Of a stretch of 21,823 nt of DNA, positions 1 to 10,638 are shown in pieces. The DNA is from an uncultured Phycisphaerales bacterium. Lineage in GTDB: Bacteria > Planctomycetota > Phycisphaerae > Phycisphaerales > SM1A02. A model generated the notes under the pieces. It saw only the letters and a list, made by a program, of their open reading frames with translations, was not told the DNA's origin and did not search any database. The stretch lies in contig CALKEP010000057.1 in the NCBI GenBank assembly GCA_938084645.1, positions 1 through 21,823 on the forward strand, read 5' to 3'. Position 1 is the first letter of the stretch, and each line of letters opens with the position of its first letter. The position numbers and the translations under genes were made by a program.

Positions 1-1053
1 CTGACGCCCGGCATCCACCAGAACGTCGGACCACTCCGCCTGTCGGGAACGCCGGAGCAGCCGATCCGGATCGGTTCCGTCGACCCCACGCAGCCGTCGG
101 CCCTCGTCGGCGACGCCTGGGGCCTCGACGTCCAGGGTGGATCGAACCTCGAGATCTCCACCCTGATGGTCATCTCCGGCGCGTCCGGCGCCGTCCGGAT
201 CCGGGGAACCACAGATGGTCCGTCCCGGAACGTCGAGCTCCGAAGCATCCTCATCACGCCGACGCCAGGCATCCTGGTCCCGGTCGGCGTCGATGTCGAA
301 GGCGTTCACGATCTCCGACTCCTGGACCTCCGCGTCACGCGCTGGCAGCGGGCCGCGATCGAACTTCGCGACACGTCGAAGGTCAGCATCGCTCGCCTGA
401 CCCTGCAGGGCGACCGCCAGGCCTCCACCGGCATCCGGATGAACGAAGGCGTGCGAAACACGCGAATCGAGAAGAGCGCCCTGCTCATCATCGGCGGATC
501 CGGAATCGCCGCCGGCCTCCCATCGTCGCCACCCCCGGACGCAACGACGCCGACGCCTGCGGTGAACGGGCTCGTCATCGACGGCTGCATCTTCGAACGA
601 ATCGCGATTCCAGTGACCATCGGCTCCGCGAAGGATGTTCGAATCGAGCGGTGCACCATCGTCGATCCGAGTGCCGCGGTGTTCGAACTGCGACGGCCGG
701 CGGCGCCATGGGCGACGGCGACGGAGATCCGGGCGAGCGGCAACCTGGTCACGTGGAAGGTGAACGGACTCGCCCGCCTGTTCCTCGACGATCAACCCGG
801 TGCGACGATCGACCTCGGGCCGAATCTCTGGTGGGCCGCCACGATGCCGACCGCGCTGGATTGGCTCGGTGGATTTCCCGAAGGCGCGAAACCACAGGTG
901 ATCGAGGTGGACCCCCGACTCGTCCCGCGCTCGTACCGTCCGCTCCGGCCCGAGGCGATGGCCTTCGGACACCTCGCAACGAAGGACGGGGGCCTCCCGC
1001 AGGATGGCGATCCCCCGGGATCGAAGCGTGAGGACGCCGGCCGCACGCCTTGA
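1..1053 (+). CDS. Right-handed parallel beta-helix repeat protein (pectin lyase-like fold), 5'-truncated
   Basis: Frame is open from base 1 (LTPGIHQN..SGTPEQPIRI..). Repeating beta-helix-type strings follow (NVELRS, DLRLLDLRV, NTRIEKS, GLVIDGCIF, DVRIERCTI, IRASGNLV), then 'NLWW' and 'EVDPRL' near the C-terminus. Confidence 0.7.
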   Translation: MTPGIHQNVGPLRLSGTPEQPIRIGSVDPTQPSALVGDAWGLDVQGGSNLEISTLMVISGASGAVRIRGTTDGPSRNVELRSILITPTPGILVPVGVDVEGVHDLRLLDLRVTRWQRAAIELRDTSKVSIARLTLQGDRQASTGIRMNEGVRNTRIEKSALLIIGGSGIAAGLPSSPPPDATTPTPAVNGLVIDGCIFERIAIPVTIGSAKDVRIERCTIVDPSAAVFELRRPAAPWATATEIRASGNLVTWKVNGLARLFLDDQPGATIDLGPNLWWAATMPTALDWLGGFPEGAKPQVIEVDPRLVPRSYRPLRPEAMAFGHLATKDGGLPQDGDPPGSKREDAGRTP

Positions 1054-1155
1054 ACCGCGCCTTTCCGTCGCGCGCGGATGGCCCTCAGACCCGCTTCGAG
1101 CGGCATCGATCCATCGATAACCCGAACGGACGTGAACGAGCGGGCGGGGGCTTCG

Positions 1156-1161
1156 TATACT
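1156..1161 (+). promoter_or_regulatory. -10 box TATACT, 7 nt before ATG 1169 (probable leaderless promoter)
   Basis: Near-consensus TATAAT hexamer in GC-rich DNA; no Shine-Dalgarno before the ATG. Confidence 0.6.
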
Positions 1162-1168
1162 CCCAGCC

Positions 1169-1516
1169 ATGGAAGTCCGCGGACCCATCCCGATCAATGC
1201 CGCCGTCGCGTACGGCCTGAACCGACCGACGCCCGCGAAAGCGGTCTCGGATCCCGCAGCCGTTCGCGCCGCGGGGACCGTCGATGTCGTGGACATCCGC
1301 TCGAAGCCCCCGGCGGGATTGCAGGATCTCGTCGCGGGCACGGTGCGAAGCGACGTCAACCGCGGCGTCGGGTTCGATGGTGATTCACCGGTCGATCGAA
1401 ATCCTCGGCCCACCCCCCCGTCGGCCGGATCGCTGCACCTCTACACGAGCCAGGCGGACCGGATCGAAGCCGCGACCGGCGTGGAAATCGGTCGCCACCT
1501 CGATCTCGAGGCTTGA
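1169..1516 (+). CDS. Hypothetical protein, 115 aa
   Basis: GC3-biased codons, -10 box directly upstream, fills the gap between genes; C-terminus GRHLDLEA. Confidence 0.7.
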   Translation: MEVRGPIPINAAVAYGLNRPTPAKAVSDPAAVRAAGTVDVVDIRSKPPAGLQDLVAGTVRSDVNRGVGFDGDSPVDRNPRPTPPSAGSLHLYTSQADRIEAATGVEIGRHLDLEA

Positions 1517-1636
1517 GCCGCGGTTCGAGGCGTCACCGGCGACGACACCAATCCTTCGACCCCCATCGACCCTCGAGCGGGAACGCTCGCGAACGCCTTT
1601 TTCACCTCCCCAAGGCGGTTTCCTCACCCCCTCCGG

Positions 1637-3236
<1,600 letters not shown>

Positions 3237-3266
3237 TCCCTCGAACGCGACACTGCGACCCAACTC

Positions 3267-3308
3267 GAACCGGCGAGCGTCTCGACGCTCGCCGGTTCCT
3301 CGTTTTGC
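3267..3308 (+). terminator. Strong hairpin, probable intrinsic (possibly bidirectional) terminator after atpD
   Basis: GAACCGGCGAGCGT-CTCG-ACGCTCGCCGGTTC is a perfect 14-bp stem followed by CTCGTTTTG; it lies between convergent genes. Confidence 0.7.
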
Positions 3309-3382
3309 GCTCCGGTTTCGATGATCCCGCTCGAACCCCCGCCCGATGCCTCGCGCGAATCCCCTCTCCACCACCGGACCGC

Positions 3383-3790
3383 TCATCGATTCCGGGGCGG
3401 CATCACGGGTGGGAACAACGGCGTGTCGGGCGCAACGACGTCGGTGTCACCATCCTGGATTCCGGTGATCGGGGCCCGGGTGCGGCGGACGAGGCCGTCG
3501 ACGTCGAACCAGATCACCCAGACCCGATCCGGAATCGTGCGCGGAAACGTCGCCGCGGTGGTCATCGTGCTCAAGGTGTCGCCGTACTGCCAACGAGGCC
3601 CGTCGATCGTCACTCCGTCCTCGTCGATCTCCCCCGGCACGATCACCGTCGGCTCGCCGATGGACTTTCGAACGTCGGCCTCGGTCCAGCCGGAGCGAAT
3701 CGCGTCGAATCGGGATTCCCGAGGCATCGAACATCCCGCCACCACGAGCACGAGACATCCGACGACGAAAAGGTGGGTGGTTGGGAGCAT
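3383..3790 (-). CDS. Small lipoprotein, SmpA/OmlA (BamE)-like
   Basis: Hydrophobic signal peptide with lipobox VAGC; 'IRSGWTEADVRKSIGEP' matches the GMTxxEVxxxLGxP pattern; later WQY and 'WFDVDGLV'. Confidence 0.6.
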   Translation of the reverse strand: MLPTTHLFVVGCLVLVVAGCSMPRESRFDAIRSGWTEADVRKSIGEPTVIVPGEIDEDGVTIDGPRWQYGDTLSTMTTAATFPRTIPDRVWVIWFDVDGLVRRTRAPITGIQDGDTDVVAPDTPLFPPVMPPRNR

Positions 3791-3844
3791 TCGGGAAGGC
3801 TAACCCATCCACGGGGCCGCAGCCGGATCAACTACCATCCGGCG

Positions 3845-5806
3845 ATGACCACCACCACCAATCGGATCGACGTCGACCGCGTCGTCACCACGCTCGTCGC
3901 CGAACACGGCGAGACCGCCCGGGACCGGGCCCACGCCGGCGTCTCGCAGTGCGCCGAACGATGGCTCGAACGGGATGGCGACCACGACGCGTTCGAGCGG
4001 TTCTGCCACGAGCACTTCGCCGCGACCGACGAGGATCTCGGGCGACTGCTCGATCGCCTCGAGACCGCCCTCGAACAGGTCCGCGGCCACCTCTACGAGA
4101 TGCGGCGGAACCTCCGTCGCTGGAACGACCTCGTCGGCGATTCGCTCCCGAAGACCGACGCCCTGCTCGCGACCTTCGATCCCGCGCCCGACCTCGCGGA
4201 ACAGTCCTACGCCCAGAAGCTCGCGTTCGTCGCCCTGCTCAATCTCCGGAAGTCCACCCTCGACGAGATGCTCGAGCACGGCGCGGACTGGACCCCCGAA
4301 CGATGGGCCGAGGCCCGGATCGTCGGATCCTTCGGACCGCGGATCCCCAAGGACGTCGCGGACCTCGCGCGGACGCTCCAGTTCGAAAGTTCCAACTGGG
4401 TCGCGAACTTCCACATCCCCGTCGGCACCATGGTCGATGAGACCGGGCGTCGCTGGTTCGAAGCGGACCGGGCGCTCCTGGCCCACTGGCTGGTCCGGGA
4501 GGAGATCAAGGCCGGATACAACGATCCGGACGGCGTCCGCAAACAGCGGGCCCTCGCCTGGGTGATGGGCCGGCATGTGGACGGGACCATTCCGACGACG
4601 GTGATGGACGGCGCGAGCACCGCCGATTGGGATCCCGCGGCGAACACCATCGGCGGTGACGATCCGGGCCCGCTCCTCGATCTCACTCGTTACGAACACT
4701 GGATGGACAACGTCAAGGTCGCCCGCGCCCTTGATGAACATCATCCGGATCATCCGACCGCCATCGACCGGAAGTTCGGGCTGGAACGCGAGATCCCGGA
4801 GGACGAGGTCGAACGACTCCTGGTCGACCTGCTCGCCGCGCCGGTTCGACGCGACCTCGCGGGCCTGCTCTCGAACCGGCTGGGTCGCCCGCTCGAGGCG
4901 CACGACGTCTACTTCGACGATCTCTTCGAGACCCGGGACGCGGAGGCGATGAACGAGGCGGTCCGACGCCTCTGCACCGACGAGGCCGGCTTCCAGGCGA
5001 AGCTTCCGGAGATTCTTCGAGGCCTCGGCTGGCCCGACGAGGACGCCGAATTCCTCGGCACCCGGGTCCGGGTCGAGATCGCACGGGGCTCCGGCCACGC
5101 GATGCGACCCCAGCTCCCCGAGTACGGCGCGTGGCTCCGCACCAACCGGCTCAAGGACCAGTTGGGCTGGGACGGCTTCGACACCGGCATGCACGAGCTC
5201 GGTCACAACCTCGAGCAGCTCTGCTCGACGTTCTTCGTGCCTCGTCCGGCGATGCGTGGCGTTCCCAACACCGCGTGCACCGAAGCGTTCGCCTTTCTCT
5301 ACCAGTCGCTCGCGAAGCGCGTGCTCGGCATCGAGGACGGCGCCGCGGCCGAACGGGCCCATCACGAGGAGACGGTGGCGTCGATGCTGATGGCCTGCCA
5401 GATCGCGGGTCCGAGCCTCGTCGAACTACGGACCTGGCGGTGGATCTACGAGACCGGGGATGCCTGCGACGCGGCGGGAATCCGTGACGCGGTTCTTCGC
5501 AATGCGACGGCGGTCTGGGACGAGTTCTTCCTCGAGGACTACGGCGTCGACCCCTATCACATCCTCGGCGCGTACCAGCACATGCTGGGGCATCCGCTCT
5601 ACCTCGCCGACTACGCGATCGGCCGCACGATCAGCCACCAGATCCGCAGCTTCATGCAGGGGCGGGACCTCGCGACGGAAACACGTCGAATCTGCTCGAT
5701 CGGGCGGATGACCCCGGATGCGTGGATGCGCACCGCGGTGGGTGGCCCGCTCTCCGCGGAACCGCTGATCAGGGACACGGGGATCGCGATCGAAGCGATC
5801 GGCTGA
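3845..5806 (+). CDS. Putative zinc metallopeptidase (gluzincin, M2/M3/M32-like fold), 653 aa
   Basis: HELGH (HExxH) followed about 25 aa later by NTACTEAFA (third-ligand Glu), plus a C-terminal H/Y motif (YQHMLGHPLYLADY). Start placed at ATG 3845 because the longer ORF overlaps the opposite-strand gene. Confidence 0.7.
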   Translation: MTTTTNRIDVDRVVTTLVAEHGETARDRAHAGVSQCAERWLERDGDHDAFERFCHEHFAATDEDLGRLLDRLETALEQVRGHLYEMRRNLRRWNDLVGDSLPKTDALLATFDPAPDLAEQSYAQKLAFVALLNLRKSTLDEMLEHGADWTPERWAEARIVGSFGPRIPKDVADLARTLQFESSNWVANFHIPVGTMVDETGRRWFEADRALLAHWLVREEIKAGYNDPDGVRKQRALAWVMGRHVDGTIPTTVMDGASTADWDPAANTIGGDDPGPLLDLTRYEHWMDNVKVARALDEHHPDHPTAIDRKFGLEREIPEDEVERLLVDLLAAPVRRDLAGLLSNRLGRPLEAHDVYFDDLFETRDAEAMNEAVRRLCTDEAGFQAKLPEILRGLGWPDEDAEFLGTRVRVEIARGSGHAMRPQLPEYGAWLRTNRLKDQLGWDGFDTGMHELGHNLEQLCSTFFVPRPAMRGVPNTACTEAFAFLYQSLAKRVLGIEDGAAAERAHHEETVASMLMACQIAGPSLVELRTWRWIYETGDACDAAGIRDAVLRNATAVWDEFFLEDYGVDPYHILGAYQHMLGHPLYLADYAIGRTISHQIRSFMQGRDLATETRRICSIGRMTPDAWMRTAVGGPLSAEPLIRDTGIAIEAIG

Positions 5807-5847
5807 TCGCTGGAGGCGTCGGCGGCCCGATGGACTGGAATCGAATG

Positions 5848-5884
5848 AAGACGCGGGCGGCGCCGGAGGCGCCGCCCGCGTTTC
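5848..5884. terminator. Bidirectional intrinsic terminator candidate between peptidase and iscA
   Basis: ACGCGGGCGGCGCC-GGA-GGCGCCGCCCGCGT is a 14-bp stem (5851-5881) flanked by GAAG and TTC, between convergent genes. Confidence 0.7.
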
Positions 5885-5917
5885 AATTCGTCGTCCGTCC
5901 CTGCAGGCCGGATGGGC

Positions 5918-6337
5918 TCAGGCGGAGAAGCTGGATCCGCAGCCACAACTGCTCGTGGCGTTCGGGTTGTTGAAGACGAAACCTCGACCCATGATCTCGT
6001 CCTTGAAGTCGATGGTGGTGTCGTTCAGGTACAGATACGACTTCGGATCGCAGATCACTCGAACGGTGTAGGGCTCGCCTCCGGAGGCGTCCGCACCGTC
6101 GCCGTCGCCGCCCGCTCCGACCGTCGCGGCGGACTTCTCCGGCTGTCGCACGAAGCTGTACTCCCACATCTCGTCGGAGTCCTTCTCGACCTCGGTGAGG
6201 TCGAGCAGGTAGCTGAACCCGCTGCAGCCTCCACCCTTCACGCCGACGCGAAGTCGGATCTTCTCGGGATCGAGGTCCTGCTGTCGGATGATGGCGTCGA
6301 TCTCTCGCGCCGCGGTTTCGGTCACAAGGACTGGCAT
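5918..6337 (-). CDS. iscA: Fe-S cluster assembly A-type carrier (IscA/HesB family)
   Basis: RVGVKGGGCSGFSY, TTIDF, GFVFNNPNATSSCGCGSSF; downstream of iscU. Confidence 0.93.
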   Translation of the reverse strand: MPVLVTETAAREIDAIIRQQDLDPEKIRLRVGVKGGGCSGFSYLLDLTEVEKDSDEMWEYSFVRQPEKSAATVGAGGDGDGADASGGEPYTVRVICDPKSYLYLNDTTIDFKDEIMGRGFVFNNPNATSSCGCGSSFSA

Positions 6338-6380
6338 GTTCGCAACTTCCTTTGCTGGGGCCCGATGCCGGGCCGCCTGG

Positions 6381-6821
6381 TCAGTGGGCGTGGGAGTGGT
6401 CGTGACCGTGGGCCGAATCCACGACCTGGCCGTTCTTCTTCTTGTAATCCTCGATCGCGGTTCGGATCGAGTCCTCGGCGAGGACCGAGCAGTGGATCTT
6501 CACCGGCGGAAGCGCCAGCTCCTCGACGATCCGGGTGTTCTTGATCTCGAGCGCCTCGTCGACGGACTTGCCCTTGATCCACTCCGTCGCGAGCGACGAA
6601 CTGGCGATGGCCGAACCGCAGCCGAAGCACTTGAACTTCGCGTCCTCGATCTTTCCGTCGTCGTCGACCTTGATCTGGAGCTGCATCACATCGCCGCACT
6701 CGGGAGCGCCGACGATGCCCACGCCGACGTCCTTGCGGTCCTTCACCTCGCTGGAGGATCCGAACGCACCGACGTTGCGGGGGTTCTGGTAGTGATCGAT
6801 CACCTTTTCGCTGTAGGCCAT
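6381..6821 (-). CDS. iscU: Fe-S cluster scaffold IscU with C-terminal His-rich tail
   Basis: MAYSEKVIDHYQNPRNVG, GAPECGDVMQLQIKV, FGCGSAIASSS, LPPVKIHCS. Confidence 0.97.
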   Translation of the reverse strand: MAYSEKVIDHYQNPRNVGAFGSSSEVKDRKDVGVGIVGAPECGDVMQLQIKVDDDGKIEDAKFKCFGCGSAIASSSLATEWIKGKSVDEALEIKNTRIVEELALPPVKIHCSVLAEDSIRTAIEDYKKKNGQVVDSAHGHDHSHAH

Positions 6822-6882
6822 GGGACTTTTCCTTGCGTCGCGTTGGACTGTGAATGTCTGGAGAGCGGATCGAGCCCGATCG

Positions 6883-8115
6883 TCAGTGGGTCTGCCACTC
6901 GATCTTGGTGATGTCGATGCCTTCGTTGTGAAGATCGTAGAGCGGGCTCAGGGCCCGGAGATGCTCCACCGCCTTGTGGATGGCATCGATCGCGTAGTCG
7001 ACCTCCTCCTCGGTCGACCAGCGACCGAGTGAAAGGCGGAGCGAGGAGTGGGCGAGCTCGTCGCCGAGGCCGAGCCCCTTGAGGACATAGCTCGGTTCGA
7101 GACTCGCACTCGTGCAGGCCGAGCCGCTCGAGCAGGCGATGTCCTTGATGCCCATCATCAGGGACTCCCCTTCGACGAATCCGAAGGAGATGTTCGTGAG
7201 GTGCGGGAGGCGACGATCGGCGTGGCCGTTCACCTCGACGACGTCCATCAAGGATTTCAGTTCGTTCTCGAGCTTGAGACGAAGTGCGAGCAGTCGCTCC
7301 CGCTCGGTCTCCATCTCCTCGCTGCAGATCGCGCACGCGGCGCCGAAGCCGACGATTCCGGGAACGTTGAGGGTGCCCGAACGCATGCCTCGCTCGTGCC
7401 CACCGCCGTCGATCTGGGCCTGGAGGCGGACTCGCGGTCGACGCCGACGAACGTAGAGGGCGCCGACGCCCCCGGGGCCGTAGATCTTGTGACCCGACCA
7501 GCTCATGAGGTCGACGTTGTCCTTCTCGACGTCGGTCGGCATCTTGCCGACCCACTGCGTCGCGTCGGTATGGAAGACCACACCACGCTCGCGACAGACC
7601 GCGCCGATGCCGGGAATGTCGTTGATCGTGCCGATCTCGTTGTTGGCCCACATGATCGAGACGAGGATGGTGTCTTCGCGAAGCGCCCCCGCGACCATCT
7701 CCGCGGTCACGACGCCGTCCGCGCCCGGCTCGAGCCAGGTCACGTCGAAGCCTTCGCGTTCAAGACGCTTGCAGGGATCCAGGACCGCCTTGTGCTCGAT
7801 GATGCAGGTCACGATGTGACCTCGCCCGGTCTCCCCCATCGGTGCCTTCGCGTACATCTGGGCGGCGCCCTTGATCGCGAGGTTGTTGCTCTCGGTCGCG
7901 CCGCTGGTCCAGACGATCTCCTTGGGGCCCGCGCCGATCAGGCTCGCGGCCTGCTCGCGAGCGAGTTCGACGCCCTTTTCCGCCGCCCAGCCGAAGGCGT
8001 GGTTGCGGCTCGCCGAGTTCCCGTAGGTCTCGGTGAAGTACGGAAGCATGGCCTCGACGACCCGGGGATCGGTCCGGGTGGTGGAAGCGTTGTCCATGTA
8101 GATGGGGAGATTCAC
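6883..8115 (-). CDS. iscS: Cysteine desulfurase IscS (410 aa)
   Basis: GTG start ([13 protein letters not shown]) with [24 protein letters not shown]-lysine [15 protein letters not shown] and catalytic SSGSACTS (group I). Confidence 0.96.
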   Translation of the reverse strand: MNLPIYMDNASTTRTDPRVVEAMLPYFTETYGNSASRNHAFGWAAEKGVELAREQAASLIGAGPKEIVWTSGATESNNLAIKGAAQMYAKAPMGETGRGHIVTCIIEHKAVLDPCKRLEREGFDVTWLEPGADGVVTAEMVAGALREDTILVSIMWANNEIGTINDIPGIGAVCRERGVVFHTDATQWVGKMPTDVEKDNVDLMSWSGHKIYGPGGVGALYVRRRRPRVRLQAQIDGGGHERGMRSGTLNVPGIVGFGAACAICSEEMETERERLLALRLKLENELKSLMDVVEVNGHADRRLPHLTNISFGFVEGESLMMGIKDIACSSGSACTSASLEPSYVLKGLGLGDELAHSSLRLSLGRWSTEEEVDYAIDAIHKAVEHLRALSPLYDLHNEGIDITKIEWQTH

Positions 8116-8237
8116 GGCGTCTTGCCTCGTGGTTCGGTGACGTTCTTCTCGACACGGATGGGACACGATGTCCCAAGGGTGCCGTTCAATGGCCTCAGCA
8201 TCTTGTCGTTCGTCGCCCAAGGGGATCGGATTCCCTT

Positions 8238-8257
8238 TGCAACTGAGTCTCAGTCTA
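8238..8257 (-). promoter_or_regulatory. Candidate iscSUA -10 box (TAGACT) overlapping a palindromic operator-like site
   Basis: ACTGAG-T-CTCAGT perfect inverted repeat at 8242-8254; minus-strand TAGACT at 8252-8257. Confidence 0.45.
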
Positions 8258-8348
8258 GCCGAAACCCGGCTCGATCTCCACGAAACGGCCGAATCAGGGG
8301 TGATGCTCGGAGCCCGAGGGCGAAGGATCACCGGCCGATACGCCATCC

Positions 8349-8376
8349 TTGTCCGTGAATCGACCTCGCGTACACT
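8349..8376 (+). promoter_or_regulatory. panC promoter (probably leaderless)
   Basis: TTGTCC - 16 nt - TACACT, ending 8 nt before ATG 8385. Confidence 0.6.
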
Positions 8377-8384
8377 CCGCCCCC

Positions 8385-9233
8385 ATGAAGCGACCCGAGA
8401 TCGTCGAAACGCCGGACCGGCTTTCCGCCGTCGCGGGTGGAACATTCGTCCCCACCATGGGTGCGTTGCACGAGGGCCACCTCTCACTGATCCGCCTCGC
8501 CCGCTCCTTCGACCGTCCCGTGATCGTGAGCATCTTCGTCAACCCGACCCAGTTCGGACCGGGTGAGGACTTCGATCGCTACCCGAGGACGATGGATGCC
8601 GACGTCGAGCTCGCGACCGAGGCGGGTGCAGACGTCATCTACGCCCCCTCGGCGGCGACGGTCTACCCGGAGGGCGTGGGACACGTGGCATCGGTTCCGC
8701 TCCCGCCGGTGGCGACCGATCCCGGGCTGGAGGATGCCGGACGGCCCCATTTCTTCACGGGCGTGTGCGAGGTGGTGGGTCGGCTCTTCGACCAGGTGCG
8801 GCCGAGCATGGCGATCTTCGGGGAGAAGGACTGGCAGCAGCTTCAGGTGATCCGGGCGATGGTGGCGAGCGACCCGCGGTTCAAGGACATCGACGTCCGG
8901 CCCGGACCGATCGTCCGGGATCCGGACGGCGTCGCGATGTCCAGTCGCAACGCCTACATCCCCGAGGACGCAAGGCCCCACGCCCGCGGACTCGTCACGG
9001 CGCTCGAGATGATCCGGGGCACCCGGGATGCCGGCGAAGCCGAGTCGACGATGCGAGCGGTCCTGGAATCGCATTCCCTGGACGTCGAGTACGCGGTGAT
9101 CCGGGATGCGGAGACGCTGCGTCCCCCAGCGACGCCCGACCGACCCTGCCGCGCGATCATCACCGCCCGACTCGACTTCGACGGGGGCACCGTCCGCCTG
9201 CTCGACAACGGACCCTTCCCCCTTGCCGGATGA
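8385..9233 (+). CDS. panC: Pantoate--beta-alanine ligase (282 aa)
   Basis: [55 protein letters not shown]. Confidence 0.97.
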   Translation: MKRPEIVETPDRLSAVAGGTFVPTMGALHEGHLSLIRLARSFDRPVIVSIFVNPTQFGPGEDFDRYPRTMDADVELATEAGADVIYAPSAATVYPEGVGHVASVPLPPVATDPGLEDAGRPHFFTGVCEVVGRLFDQVRPSMAIFGEKDWQQLQVIRAMVASDPRFKDIDVRPGPIVRDPDGVAMSSRNAYIPEDARPHARGLVTALEMIRGTRDAGEAESTMRAVLESHSLDVEYAVIRDAETLRPPATPDRPCRAIITARLDFDGGTVRLLDNGPFPLAG

Positions 9234-10485
9234 ACCGACGATCCCCCCTCGCCGACGCCGGCCGGCGACGGCGCTCGCCATGCTCCTGACCTCGCTCTCG
9301 GTCATCCTCGGCGGCCCGGGGTGCCGAAGCGTCCGTCCGGCGGCGAACCCTCCGGTCGCTGATGCGGACTCGCTCCCATCTCCACCCGACGTCGGCTGGC
9401 CCGCTCGGATCTCGAATCCGCCTCGTCGCAACCCGGCGGACGGACGAATTCCCGATCATCCGGACGGCATCGGCGTGGAGCGCGCCGATGGTTCGCCCAT
9501 CACCATGGAGTTCGTCGGTCTGCATCCACATGGCGAGGTGTGGGCGTTCGGCGAGGATGAAACCGGCGTCAACTGGATCGCCGACATCGATCCCGCACTG
9601 ATTCGATCGACCCGGTCGTTCATCGTGGTGACCACCGCGCCGACCGACGATCCACCCGAGACGCTCGCCGTACCTCGTCGCCGGGCGATCGACGCCATCG
9701 TGCTCACCCCCGCGGCGCAACCGCCCGTCGGCACGGCGATCGTGATGAGCAGCCTGGCACGACAGACCCCTCCGGAGCAGGCCTTCATGGCCGATCTCCT
9801 CGAAGCCGGCTTCACCGTCATCACCTCGGCGCCCCCGGTGAACGCGATCGACGAACGAACCGGCGGCCGCACCACCCTCGACATCGCCGACGCCCCCGAG
9901 ATCGCGGGGCGTCTGTTCGCCGCCGAGGTCGATCTCGCCTTCGCCGCCTGGGCCGACGGGCTCGACGCGATTCTCGACGCTTCGTTCGTCGACGTGGGGA
10001 CGCTCCCCCGACCCGCGGTGCTCATCGGCGTCAGCAGCGGCGCAGTCGCCGCACCGGTCGTCGCCGCGAGGCTTCACGAGACGATGCCGATCGAGGCCGC
10101 GGTCCTGATCGCCGGCGGTGCGGACCTCGACACGATCCTCCTCGAGACGACGCTCGATCCCGAAGATCTTCGCCTCACGCGCCGCGGTCCCAGACCCGAC
10201 GCGACCGCGGCGGAGACGTTCCGCCGCGCCTATCGCACCTCGGTGCGACTCGACGATCCGAGCCTCACGAACTGGTTCGCCCTCCGTCCGATCCTGCTGC
10301 TCGAGGGCGGTTTCGACACGGCCATCCCCGCGACCGCCCGAGCGACCATGGACGAGCGGCTCGGACGTCCGGAGCGATGGTGGTACCCCACCGGGCATTA
10401 CGGGCTCTTCGTGCTCCTCCCCGGGGAGGGTGACGCGATCGTGCGATGGATTCGCCGAACGCTCGATCTCGACGGATCGTCCTGA
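9223..10485 (+). CDS. Alpha/beta-hydrolase fold protein, probable lipoprotein
   Basis: RRRR + hydrophobic stretch + GPGC signal; nucleophile motif GVSSG, acid in GGFD, His in PTGHYG. Start uncertain: TTG 9223 (overlapping panC) or ATG 9280. Confidence 0.65.
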   Translation: MPDEPTIPPRRRRPATALAMLLTSLSVILGGPGCRSVRPAANPPVADADSLPSPPDVGWPARISNPPRRNPADGRIPDHPDGIGVERADGSPITMEFVGLHPHGEVWAFGEDETGVNWIADIDPALIRSTRSFIVVTTAPTDDPPETLAVPRRRAIDAIVLTPAAQPPVGTAIVMSSLARQTPPEQAFMADLLEAGFTVITSAPPVNAIDERTGGRTTLDIADAPEIAGRLFAAEVDLAFAAWADGLDAILDASFVDVGTLPRPAVLIGVSSGAVAAPVVAARLHETMPIEAAVLIAGGADLDTILLETTLDPEDLRLTRRGPRPDATAAETFRRAYRTSVRLDDPSLTNWFALRPILLLEGGFDTAIPATARATMDERLGRPERWWYPTGHYGLFVLLPGEGDAIVRWIRRTLDLDGSS

Positions 10486-10638
10486 TGCCGCGGACCCGGG
10501 TTTCGACGCCACCGTTCGCGGGCCGCCCCGCCCCTGATCGATTTATCCGGTGGACACGTCAGGTCGCACGCTAGGATGAACCGGCATCCACCGACGCGCC
10601 GGTCCGATCGGTCCCGCCCAGCCCACGGAAGACCAGAC

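Noticed and set aside
1574..1602. Hairpin CGAGCG-GGAA-CGCTCG as a terminator
   Set aside because: Only a 6-bp stem, and the T-run is 8 nt away; too weak to call.
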